NCBI GenBank assembly: GCA_020536535.1
Contig: JAHLWZ010000644.1
Span: 17,917-81,916, forward strand
Direction: 5' to 3'
Length of the DNA stretch: 64,000 bases
Source: Pelomyxa schiedti
Lineage: Eukaryota > Protista > Evosea
Shown: piece after piece, positions 25,627-38,430 of the stretch
How positions within the stretch are numbered: position 1 is the first letter of the stretch
How the letters are laid out: each line of letters opens with the position of its first letter
Position numbers and translations under genes: made by a program
Notes under the pieces: generated by a model
Databases searched by the model: none
What the model was told of the DNA's origin: nothing
The model's input: the letters and a program-made list of their open reading frames with translations, nothing else

Positions 25627-28078
25627 TTAGAAATTGCTACGAACGGAGAACACCTTGGCGCCGTTCAGTACTTGTGGATAGCCGGGAATTTCTTGGAGTG
25701 CTGTTTGTATGGCTTGTGAGCAGTTTATGTGTTCAATGGGGCGCTTTCCAATGAGCTCCAGAACTCCAGCAGTGGTTACTAGGGCACAGCCAAACACATC
25801 AACCATCTTCATTCTGCATACTCCGTCCTCATTGAGCGATTCTGCCGCGGTTGTGGATTCCCTCAGCCGGCTTGTTTCCATTACAGTTGTCATGATGCTG
25901 AAATCGGCCCTGGCAACGGCTAGATGATGTAAAGCTACATCTGTAATTTGTGTACACTGCTGCAGAACAACCGTGGCAAGAAGCGGGCAGCGCCGCGATA
26001 GTACAGACACCCCAACGTCAGTTACAAGGCCGTTGTGGCTGAGGTCAATGTTGACAAGCCCTGGGCAGTGTTTGGCAATGGAGGTAATCGCGGTGTCAGT
26101 GAGCGGAACGCACTGCGCGTTGAGGATGCGCAGGGACCATATTGGCGGGGGAACCATTGGTGGGCACTGGCTGTATGACGCGTGCTGCACCGGCGGGCAC
26201 TCTATAGGGTGGTTGATGGATTCTTCCGGTGCTGGCATGAGGGGAATAATAATGGATGAAGATGAGGTCGAAGGCTGAGGTGGTGGTTCTGCTACTGTTT
26301 CAGGTACTTCTGCACCTTCCGGAGCAGTGGGTTCTGCTGGTGCCACTGGTTCAAGCTCTTTCATGCAGAACGCAGTATCATCAATTGCTCGGCAATCGGA
26401 AATATTCAAAGTGCGTAGGAGACTGCACTTAAGTACGAGCGAAGCAATACCAACGCCAGTAACATGTCTTGCACCAGCCATATTGGCAACAAGAAGGTAG
26501 AGCAGGTGTTTACTGAGGTGAACAAGTGCTTCATCATTTGTTGTGGCTGGAAAAGAAATTCCTTCCAAACTTATGCAGGATCCCAAGCACAATAAACCCT
26601 CTGGTGTAATTCGACTGCATCCAGTCAGAAAAATGCTCTTGAGAGACAGGCAAGTCTTCCCAATAACCCTCAGAACTGTATCATCCACGCCACAACGAGA
26701 AAATACTAGTTGTTTCGCATGCGGTAAACGCCCACAGAGAGTGGACAAAGACCCCGTGTCAAGATCATAACATTCTGTGAGATTTAACTGCTGCACAGAA
26801 CCCTCAGTTTTTGCCACAAGAGACAATAATGGCATGGGCTTCAGAACTTGGCATTTGAATAAAGATATCTCTTGTAACATTCGCATGGGACTGACAGAGG
26901 TTATGGATGTTATATCCCAGCAGTCACTACAACCAAGATACATCAGGTGTGGCGTATTAAGAACTAAACCTGTAAGTTTGCTGCACACACTAAATGAGCG
27001 AAGGGTTTCACTTTGAATGGTAAGGGTGCCATTGATGGCCATACAGTGGTTACAAGCAAGGAATTCAAGATGCCGGCAGACTGAAACCACATTTTCAATT
27101 GCTTGGCCACTCACCAGAGGACACTCGCTCACATCAATCTCCTATTTAGAAGAATGAGAGGAAACACAGTGGCAACAACAAAACAGGAAAAAGCCAAGAG
27201 AGGAAAAGAACCAGTAAGAAAGGATTTGCCCGCGAGATTTGCTCAAGAACTGAGGAGGAGAGCTTGTGACATCTGCACAGGTCCAATGTAACAAGGTTGC
27301 TGCAGTATGTGGAAATGGGTGACAGAACACAGGAAGTGACTGGGGACGGGCCACGATCAAAAGAGGGTGAGACAACAAAACGGGTGAGGGATCGCCCCAT
27401 GTGCTGAAGAATGGGAACAAGAGTGTCCGTGCAAACAAGGTTGTCACGCAATAATGCACTCAGTACACTATCAGCCACTTCTGATGGTACAATGGTTGAT
27501 GCTGAAAAAGAATATGAAGACTCAGGGCGTCTGGTGAGTGCCCTAGAGCAAAGAGTAACCAAGGAGGGCACCTTATTTTGTGTTATTATGTGACAGCTTT
27601 GTCACATAATAGAAAAAGTGTACAAATAAGCACAAAAAAACCGAAAGTATTTCGGAATTGGGCTGAAAAAGGAAAAAAAAAAAGGGCCTGCCTGTTTATC
27701 CAACTGGGATATCTTTGACGTTGGCCTGGTGTAACTGCGGGCCCTTGTCAACTCATTGAAGTAAAATGTAACACCAGCGAGAGACCGTCTCTCCTGCCAA
27801 CCAGGTGGAAGTGGGGGAAGCTGCTGTGTATGGATGTTGGTTATCCCATAACGGAAGGAAGACTCATCTCCTAGGGGGAAAAAAAAAACTGCGCTGTAGT
27901 GGGAGGAAATGAAAAAACCTCATTGGTGGTCCTTGAGCTCGACGAAGTTGTTCTTGTGGATGGCTTGACTCCACTGGTGGGAACATAAATAAAAAGAAAA
28001 AAAAATGAGCGAGGAGGAACCAACGACTTATGGGACAAACCTGGGCAAAGGCGGGGGGGGCGGTGGTGCATCGTCCAT
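25627..28078 (-). CDS. WW-domain + BC-box-like + cysteine-containing LRR (AMN1/FBXL-type) protein
   Basis: Exon about 27692-27868 encodes WW domain PLPPGWQERRSLAGVTFYFNELTRARSYTRP; next exon starts VPSLVTLCSRAL; then many LxxLxLxxCxxITD repeats. First exons (MDDAPPPPPP) tentative. Confidence 0.7.
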
Positions 28079-28179
28079 GTTTTTCTTGTTTTTTTCTCTT
28101 CTTTTTCTTTCAGAATATTTCAGTGCAACAAAGTCGCATTTTGTTGTTGAAAGATTCCTTGGTTCCGGTGCCTGCACGG

Positions 28180-28184
28180 AAAAA
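28180..28184 (-). terminator. RNA Pol III oligo-T terminator of tRNA-Arg
   Basis: TTTTT 4 nt downstream of the tRNA 3' end on the minus strand. Confidence 0.6.
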
Positions 28185-28188
28185 CTTT

Positions 28189-28263
28189 CGGGCGTGGCAG
28201 GATTCGAACCTGCAAGTCTCCTGATTCGAAGTCAGGTGCGTTATCCAGTTGCGCTACACGCCC
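28189..28263 (-). tRNA. tRNA-Arg(TCG)
   Basis: Reverse complement GGGCGTGTAGCGCAACTGGATAACGCACCTGACTTCGAATCAGGAGACTTGCAGGTTCGAATCCTGCCACGCCCG: 7-bp acceptor stem, CCTGA/TCAGG anticodon stem with TCG, GGTTCGAATC T-arm. Confidence 0.95.
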
Positions 28264-28729
28264 TTGAACTTTCTACGGAGGGTGAGCACTACCTGGAGCA
28301 GAACACGGAGGAAAAACCACTCACTAGAAGAGACAAGATCTTTAGGGTTCCCCTAATGTTGTTGCGATGTAACAACAAAAACTCCAAATGGTTTTTCCTT
28401 TTTGTGAGGAGCTGTCGTTGCCTTGTTCAGAGTACCCATGGTGGACGTATCCCCTTTGGGACGGGAAAAAGGACTAAGGAGTGGATGGAAGAGTGAGTGG
28501 CATGGAAAGAAGGAGGACCCCAAGTTGGAAATTTTTGACTTCTGCGATCTATAAGATGGCAGCTTCTGCTTCTTGTTAGGGCAGGCCAATTTTTCTCGTT
28601 CATTTTCGCAGTTATTTATAACTCTTGCACAAGAACAAAAAAAAACACAACAAATCAAAAAAGCAACAGACAGAAACAACCCACCCAATACAAAAAAACA
28701 AAACAAAAAAAACACACCGGACAGATCCC

Positions 28730-29707
<978 letters not shown>

Positions 29708-29854
29708 AAAACACACTTTTTTCTCTCGCGTTTTTTGGTGTAATGTAAAATCACAAGCCCTAGGGTGAGGCCTACTTTGTTAAAAGGGGAAAAAAAAAAA
29801 TTAAAAACCCATCAAAATCCGTCTTTTTTCCTGTTCTTCATCAAACGTGACAAA

Positions 29855-31371
29855 ATGCCCAAGGCAAAGAGGGGAACCACGAGGAGGGAGCCTCCCACCA
29901 AGGCTGCAAATGCAAACAGACACGGATCCCATAAGGACGGTTGTGGGTCGTGCTGTTGCTGTTGTTGCGGGGCGAAGGGCTGTGCGTTGGTGTGCTTGGT
30001 GCTGGGGGTTGCGGCGGCTGCAGGGGCGGCGTGGCTCGTGAGGATGTCGGCTCCTTTGGAGCTGGACCTGGCCCCGTGCGGGGACTGGGCGGCAAAATCG
30101 GGGGCGAGGCTACAGCTGGATGATGGGAGGAATCTATCTTACAGGGTTTATGGTGTGCCCTGCCCGGCGGGAGCCAATTGTGGGAGGGAAGCTGCTTGGT
30201 GCAGTCACATGTCTTCTTATTTTTTACTTTTAGTTCGAAGTCATGATTTGATGCTTAATTTAGTGTAATTTTTAGCCTGTATATTGGTATTAAAATCTGA
30301 GTTAAATTAATATGATTTCCACCATAATAGGTTCTGGAGAACACGTTGTTTTCTACCTCCACCCTGACCCACAGTCTAGTGGGTGGGTTCATCCAAATAT
30401 AGAAGATTTCTGCCGTGAAACTAACACTCGCATCCTGGCACTTGATCGACCTGGAGTAGGCCTCTCATCCCCACAACCCCGGCGCAATTTCCCCGACTAT
30501 GCAGATGGTGTGTAACAATTTTCAGTAACTGCAACCTCACAGTAATTAATAAAGATGTCATTCAGTTGGTGACACACCTCGGCATTACAAACTTCTCTGT
30601 AATTGGGCACAGTGCTGGAACTCCACACGCTCTTGCACTTGGAGCTGACCCGCGAGTAAAATCGCTTGGTATGTTTCTTTACAGAGATACCGTGGACTAA
30701 GTTCTTTAAGGTCTGCAACAAATTGCCTTGATTGGTCCCATATATCCCCCAAAGGAATTTAACAGCGGAACTTTGGAGGGAATGTCTAAAACGAACATCC
30801 TTGTCACTAAGCTAGCGAGGCGTTTCCCTTATGCTATCAAGCTTTATCTGTGTGTAACACGTTTCATGGGTTCCCTCTCGTAACGGAGTTTAGTTCCTTG
30901 GTTCCTATAATGGCGAGACTGCTAGGAACAGAAACTACAATCAAGCTCCTTCTTTCTGAAAGCCCCAGAGACGTTTCTCTTGCATTATCCTCGTACGTCA
31001 ACCACCAAAACAACAAACAAAAACAACAAACAACCCACTAATTACACCTAAACAACAAAACAACCAGGCCTGAATGGATGCAAAGATTCGAGTGTTCGCT
31101 GGTAGAACACTTCGCGCAAGGATTCGCGCCGGCCGCACACGAATTCTACAGAATCGCCGAAGTGGACTGGCACTTTTCTCCCGCCAACGTGCAAGTACCC
31201 CTGGATTGCTGGGTGGGCTCAGACGACACCCTGACACCCAGTTTCATGGCCCATACCATATGCGAAATGGTCCCAATGTGCCGAGGAGTGCATGTCATTG
31301 ACGGCGAGGGCCACTATAGCATCTACGCCAATCACTTGGAAGCAATTCTAAAGGGCCTGTTTGGGCATTGA
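29855..31371 (+). CDS. Membrane-anchored alpha/beta hydrolase
   Basis: N-terminal TM, LDDGRNLSY, DRPGVGLS, GHSAG (Ser), GSDDTLTP (Asp), GEGHYS (His). Confidence 0.85.
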
Positions 31372-31556
31372 GCGTCCCTCTCACCTGTATCTCTTCTGCT
31401 ATTTTCGCCATTTGAACAGCCGTAAAATGGTGCGTTTAACTTCGATGAATTTGTGCGGAAATGAAATGTGACCTTCTGAGAAAATTACGTAATTAATCAG
31501 ACCGAGACGCAACGGCAACAACAATAATAGGAATTCAAAACCAATAAAAAAACGAG

Positions 31557-34500
31557 ATGGCGAGATGTGCGGAGGTGGGTTGCATTGCTGCGGTGCAGAG
31601 ATTCTGCACAAACGACGGTCCTGGATTACGCACTACCGTGTTTCTGAAAGTATGGGGTTTTTTTACTGTTTCTTTCGCACCGTTTTTTGCTCTTGACTCG
31701 CGTGATCTCATCGAAAAATATATAGGGGTGTAATATGCGATGCGGGTGGTGTTGTAACCCAGAGTGCCTGAGTTCAGTTGTTCAACAACGAATGGGAGAA
31801 ACTACTGTTGGGTTTTATCAAACCGCTCAACAACTAGCGAGCCAACTTGTGCGTGATAAAGCATTCTGGAGCTATTCCTATGTTCCTTCTTCTGCGCCGC
31901 AACCAGTTTCAACAGCAGCAACGGCAATGCAACCAGTGGACCAGATTAATGGAATGCTTGGTAATCCCAGTTCCGAGGAAGTTGCTCGAGTACCCTCACG
32001 TGGAGGGGTAACCATTACTGGAGGAGAACCACTACTGCAATCTCAGTTTGTTTTGCACCTGGTCCGTGAGTTGAAAGCTCAAGGAATTCATGTTGCAATG
32101 GAGTCAAACGCTTCTCTAATTGCTCGTTCCGTCACCGCGAGGGAAGTCGTTAAAAGTCTGGACTACTGCATTGTTGATCTGAAATGTGCTCATGAGTGCA
32201 AACATGAAGAAGTCACAGGAGTTGCTTTGGCTGATGTTAGGGAAGGAGTGGCAGTGGCAGCAAGTGAATGCCGTGATGTGCTTGTAAGAACTCCAGTAAT
32301 CCCAGGAGTTAATAACACTTCTGAAGATATCGAATCACTAGCCAACTTGGTTGCATCACTTCCTTCTCGAGGTACCTTTTTTCTTGATACTATTTTTGTA
32401 AAACTTGTTGTCACTGATTCCTTGAAGTATCTTGGGAGTTGCTCCCTTATCACAACCGTGCAAAGGGGAAATACAGTTCCCTTGGTATACCCTACCTGCT
32501 GGGAAATCTTTCCCCTCTTTCACAGAAGGATTTAGCTCCACTTTCTGCTATTGCACAATACATCGCACCACCTCCAGATTTCGCACCATCATTACCCAGC
32601 CCTCCTCAACAAATTTGCATCACTGGAGAACAAACCCACCGTAGTGCACGGACTGATACAATGTTGCGCGAACTATTAAATCTCCGTCCGAGTGTATCAC
32701 ATCATCGAGCCCAAGTTCTCACTGAATTTTTCCAAGATCTGGAGCATCAATCAATTCCAACACCAATATCCTATCCTCCCATTTCTCCAACCAATCCGAC
32801 TACTATTAATGCCTCCAAGTCACCGGCCTTGGCTGTTGCTTTGGCATTCAAAAAGCTGTGTGAAGAAATTCCCGTGGGAATTCATAGTAATGACCTCCTT
32901 GTGGGAGAGCGTGGAAAAGGCGGAGCTCCAAAAGTAGTTCCTACATACCCCGAGCTTCATGCGCACACAGCAGCAGAACTAAGGGAGCTAATATCAAGGA
33001 GTGTGCAGAAATTCGATGTTTCTGAGGACTGCGCTGCCCTTTTTGATCAACAAATCCACCCAAGCTGGCACGGAAAAACTGTTACTGAAAACCTTATTTT
33101 TGCCAACCAATCTGAGTATAAAAACTATCTTACCTGTGGGGGTTTCACACAAGTATGTTTTGCAGCCAGTTAACACTTATCCACTAAGACTCTGTCGTGT
33201 AGTTCATCGACTTCTTCCAGCCTTATACTGTCAACATGGATGATAGATTATACAGATTTGGTCTTGGGGGTGTTATTTCTGAGATTCAGAAGCAGATTTT
33301 GCACCTACAATCCAACAAAACCTCTGCCGAAAGACCTGATTGCACAGAAGAATTCTATTCATTGTCCGCCATGTTAATCTCCTGCACTGCATTGATTAGC
33401 CTTGCCCATCGCTACGCTTCCTGTGCATTGCAGTTAGCTTCACAATGTGAGCAACCAGAAAGAAGAAATGAGCTCCAACAAATTGCACATGTATGCAATA
33501 GGGTTCCAGAGAATCCCCCAAGCACCTTGTGGGAAGCTATCCAATTTTATTGGTTTTTGCATATGGGGACTACACTAGAGAGCAACAGTGATGCCCTTGG
33601 TCCTGGTTTTATTGACAGATACCTGGCACCCTTTTATTTTAGTGATGTATACGAAAAAAAGACCATCACCCATCAGTTCGCCCGTGAGCTATTAGAGGGT
33701 CTGGTATTAAAGTTGTATGCCCACTACACTACCCCAACAACGCTGGGAGAGAATGCTACATATGTCTATTTCTCTAATTTGCAATTGGGCGGTGACAACC
33801 CAAATGAACTAAGTGCTATTTTTCTTGACATTTTAGACGACCTTCATCTATTTCAGCCACTGAGCCAGGCACTTACTCTGTAACCTAAAATTTGGTTGTT
33901 AATACGCAAATAGGTTTTCATCTCTCAAAAAACACCAGATTGGTTTCTTCACCGAGCATGCCGTGCGATTCGACACGGAACTGGTTACCCGGCAGGTAGG
34001 AAACTTTCCATGGAGTTGTTTTTTTTTTCATCCCCCTATAGTATTCAACTTGGACAGTATCCGATCCCAGCTTCGCAATCACGGTTGCAGCTCAGAGGAT
34101 GCTATGTCCAATGGGGGTGTTGTTGGCTGTGTTGAAACAATATGTGTTGGAAAGGAGTGCTTATTTACCGTCGGATACTTGAATGCCACCAAGCCACTGG
34201 AACTTGCCCTAAACAACGGTTAGTACAATATTCCCGAAAACGTTTTCACTCTTTCAGGAGTTGACCCCTTGACCGGGCAATCTGTTGGCCCAGCAACGGG
34301 AGATCCTACAAAATTTACCTCACTCCAAGATGTCCTTGACGCCTATGTAGCACAGTTCAGGAACATGGTGAGAGTCAAGGTTGCGGGAGATTTTGATATC
34401 GAAACTCAAGCTGCCCGGAGATGGCCAACACCTTTCCGATCTGTTATAATAGACGGATGTGTTGAAAATCACGCACTGCTAGAATTTGGCGGCGCCAAGT

Positions 34501-35417
34501 ACAACTCCTCAGCCATTGCAGTATTCCACTCCCTCAATTTTTTTCCATTTTAACTAGCGTCCAAGGTTTCGTGCTTCGGAAGTACTGTTGATAGCCTTGT
34601 GGCACTGGATCAAGTTGTATTTTCCAAGAAATTACTCCCCATGTCAGCAGTGTTGGAAGCACTCCGCAGCGACTTTGCTGGATGTGACAATTCCGTACAC
34701 ACACTCCTCAGTTCCCAGCCTAAATGGGGAAATGACTGTGACACAGCCGACAACATAGCCATTCAACTAGAGAGACTTCTTCGAGGAGAGATTGATGGTC
34801 GCAAAAACTTCAGGGGAGGTGTTTACAGAGCTGAATTTTTGAGTGTCACGGCTCACATTTCTTTTGGCAGTTCTACTGGGGCAACACCAAATGGTGTGTG
34901 GTGTTGTCACACGAATTGTATTTTCACACTGCTTAGGCCGAAAAGCTCGTACACCACTTTCTGAAGGTCTTTCGGCCTCACAAGGCCAAGACAAGAACAG
35001 TCCCACTGCATTACTTCTCTCTGCTTCAAAGCTCGACCATACAGTTTCCAAGGGTAACTTACTGAATGTAAAGTTCTTGCCGGACCTCCTAGCTGGCGCT
35101 GTACGAAATTCTGGTGTTTTTCGGTAATTTAACGATTTATCAGAGGGGAGAACTTGCATTGGCAGCACTATTGCGAGGTTATTTTTCGCTTGGAGGCCAC
35201 GAACTTCAGTGCAACGTTGTCTCTGGTCACACTTTGCGGTGAGATTACTCTTTTAGTGTACTTCATAACAGTTCTTTCTAACAGGGATGCACAACTCAAC
35301 CCTGACAAGTACCGAGACTTGATTGTGCGGGTGGCTGGATACAGTGACTTGTTTGTAGAACTGACCAAAGACATTCAAGACGACATCATAGCACGAACGG
35401 AACACGGCTCGGAGTAA
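31557..35417 (+). CDS. Fusion: glycyl-radical activating enzyme (radical SAM) + HypD/PFL2-like glycyl radical enzyme
   Basis: 11 exons, 3372 nt spliced (1123 aa). AE part: [31 protein letters not shown] (CxxxCxxC), [30 protein letters not shown] part: [40 protein letters not shown]. Confidence 0.93.
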
Positions 35418-35548
35418 TCGCTACTGTAGAATTGTGAATATGTTCATATATCCTCACATGCCTCTCAAGACTATGTGTGTACAGATGTTTGTTTTTTTGG
35501 AATAAAGTTTCTCGTTACCACAGTTTATCTTTTATCACATTTTTGAGT

Positions 35549-36951
35549 TTAGAACTTTGTCTTGGGTTGTACCAACACAAACAGTGGCTGAATTTGAGTA
35601 ACCATTTTATGCACAACACAAGCAGGAAGGTCCAAAACTTCCAGGTTGCTGTCCTCAGTACTGTAGGTGATTGAATACCAGTGTGTTGATAACTGTGTGA
35701 GGCCACTCGCGTACTGCCTTTTTCCTGTCTGGTTGGACAGGAGAAAAGTGCCACTGGCCCCTGTGATTCTATAGAATAAAGAGAATGAGCCAAGAAAGGG
35801 TATGAAGGAATGGAAGGAAGAAACCGAAAAGGGTGTGTCTTTTCGAAGGTGTAGAGGAAGTAGATGTATTGGCTAGGTGTGGTTATGTGCCCAAGAGCTA
35901 AAAAGTCCTCCCCCCGCTCGACTGCCACAGAACTTCCCCGTAAATGGGCGTCTACTTTAATTTCAGATTACAAAAGAAGGAAATCGGACTACCTGGATAT
36001 CCTAAGAGAATAGGAAGAGTGAGCCACGTGCTCTGAGAAACAACTTCACACATTCCACCATGTTCACATGAAACTATCGTGTGCGGCTCAATAGACTGGG
36101 CAAACACGGGTCGCGCGGCTCCAGGTGGCAGGAATGCAACCCAATTTTTTTCTACCTGTGGTCCACTGACGTTCACGGGCGGGTGTAGAAAAGTGATGTC
36201 AGAAACACTAAGGGTTTCAAAATCTACAGTGATTGTCACCATCCTTCTCAGGCATTTCTCCGTCAATGCGTTGGCCATGATCATAACTGCAGTGGCACCT
36301 ACAATCATCATCCAAGAAGCCAAAGTTATATAGGGTTTCTTTATTTTACCTGGAAGAATCAATGGACGTGGGTCCTCAAATCCAAGACCTCTGTTGCCAC
36401 AAGCTGACCAATTGGGCTCATAAGGTGTTGTAATTATTGTTGTACTTTCAGAACCATCCATGAAAAAAGGGGGTGTCACTTGAAAACGTGACATTAATGC
36501 AGTACTACAGTGCAGTGAGGAGAAAGAATACCGAATTCATCAATAGAATATCTCTTAGCAGCTATTAAACTCGTTCCAGTGTCCCATTGAGCCACCCTGT
36601 AGAACATAAGCCATATCCTGGATCCCAGCAAACTCGGTGGCCAGACAGCAATACTTGGATTGAATTCATCACTTTCCACTCTCCTATTCCTATTCCCTAC
36701 AAATATGCCATGTAAAATACTCGTTTTGCATAATAATGATCCGAAAAAAGGACAAAATGAAAACGAAAGAAAAAAACAAAACAATAAAAAAAAAACCCAC
36801 CTCAACCTTGCACAATTTCGTGGGACCAACGTTGTTTGGAGCACGAGATGGTTTGGTTGCTATTCCTGTTCAAACAAATCCACGTGAATGTAACAGACAC
36901 CACGGTCGCCAGCACCAGCCAAATCACTTTGTTCTGTGGCGACCCTCCCAT
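35549..36951 (-). CDS. Type II membrane 5-bladed beta-propeller carbohydrate-active protein (GT91 Bmt / GH130-like)
   Basis: N-terminal TM, FNPSIA, GFEDPR, EKNWVAF, HLRGSS, FLALGH, QYASGL, ITYSTED. Confidence 0.6.
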
Positions 36952-37228
36952 TATCTCCTGTGGCGCACTTGTCCCCGGCAGCTACAAAAAAACCCCAGCG
37001 CCCAACTGGCACGTCAGTCTAGTGGTTCGAATCGGCTGCGGAGGTTTTCTTTTTTGTCAGTTGTGGCCAACAGACTTGCCTTCATCAGACCCCAAGGGTA
37101 CTGAATTGAATTTTTTCGTGTCAAGGAGGGGAGTTCCAGGCATCAAAAATCAGTCCACTGTGGAATTGGATTCAATCACGTGGAGGTGCACCCCACACTT
37201 TTCACCAATAGATCATCACGTTCACCAT

Positions 37229-37703
37229 ATGCCTCCTCCGTCTCCTCCCCAGCCGCTCACATCCCCCAATATCCGCTTATGGGAATGGTAAAAACTGAAG
37301 AACGGACTGACTTTTTTGCAAATTAATGACATCCCCCACATCAGCACCTTCACCTCTCCCATCATCGGCTCCTCCGCCTCCCCCGCCATCGTCATCAGCA
37401 GAAGCAACGGCGGCGGCCGCCGTGGCTGTGCCCGTGGTGGTGGTGGACAGGGGCGCTCAGCTCGAGCGGGCCGTGATGCAGTCCCACATCGTGTGGTCGA
37501 TGCTGCTGCCGCGGTGGCTGCCGTGCTGCAGGCCAACCACGTGCCCCGTGGGCTTCACCACGTGGAGGTACGACCGGTCCACGATGTTCGACGACGACTC
37601 GCTCACCACCAATATCACTCTGTCTGAGGGATTTGATATGCTCACGGTTGTAGCAGAGGCAATGTTTCCTCTGTACGTATTTTCCCTTCTATCTCGTATG
37701 CCG
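37229..37703 (+). CDS. Hypothetical protein fragment running into a gap
   Basis: GC-rich open frame (MTSPTSAPSP...) cut by the N-gap; no motif recognised. Confidence 0.35.
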
Positions 37704-37803
37704 NNNNNNNNNNNNNNNNNNNNNNNNNNNNNNNNNNNNNNNNNNNNNNNNNNNNNNNNNNNNNNNNNNNNNNNNNNNNNNNNNNNNNNNNNNNNNNNNN
37801 NNN
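37704..37803. other. Assembly gap (100 N); others at 41875-41974 and 62177-62276
   Basis: Runs of N. Confidence 1.
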
Positions 37804-38107
37804 TCAGGCAAAGAATACTTTGAGAATAACTTCCAAAGCACACTCACAAAAGCAGCACTGCAGTCAGCATCAGTGGTGATGCCACAACCATTAACAAAAA
37901 CACGGTCAACCAAAGAAGAAATTCAACAGGGACAACCAAATTCCTCCACAACCACGGTTTCGGGACCTATAACGGCCGCACCAATAGCACTCACGTCTTC
38001 CTTGGATACCCCACCAACGCCACCATTACTCCCGTTAAGACCACTATCGCTTGCACCAAAACTGGATTCTGATGCTGTTTCTGCCACCGCTGCTACCACA
38101 AGAACAC
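37804..38107 (+). pseudogene. Truncated duplicate of the 5' exon of the SAM-caspase gene (copy of about 3599-3905)
   Basis: Near-identical to 3599-3905 apart from a 3-nt deletion and a few substitutions; similarity stops abruptly and a stop codon follows. Confidence 0.85.
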
Positions 38108-38430
38108 CCTAACTCCAAAAATTTCCCAATTTGCGCGTCAAATCGGAACCAAAGTGAGCCTCCAAATTGCTTAACTAGTGCACACTTTGGACAAAGTGGA
38201 GGGATTTCAAAGTGGCACCGCTTTGAGCATTCTCAAATCGGGCACAAATTGGGGATTTTCCCAGGTTGCCTACAAATTGGAAGATACATAATTTATTTTT
38301 TTTTTCCCTTACTTACACCTGCATGGTTGCGTGGTTGCTAGCTGGTGGTCCAGTAACAGAGAGGCTGTCACGGTTGTACTCTTCAAAATAATTAAAATAA
38401 AATAAGATATGCGGAAAGAACAAACCTGCA

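Noticed and set aside
31557-35417. Bacterial contamination or endosymbiont origin of the GRE locus; call as pyruvate formate-lyase
   Set aside because: Ten spliceosomal introns and eukaryotic neighbours show it is nuclear; the Cys loop is GCVE, not the CC of PFL.
38107-38112. Telomere-like CCCTAA at the truncation point of the duplicate
   Set aside because: A single hexamer is expected by chance.
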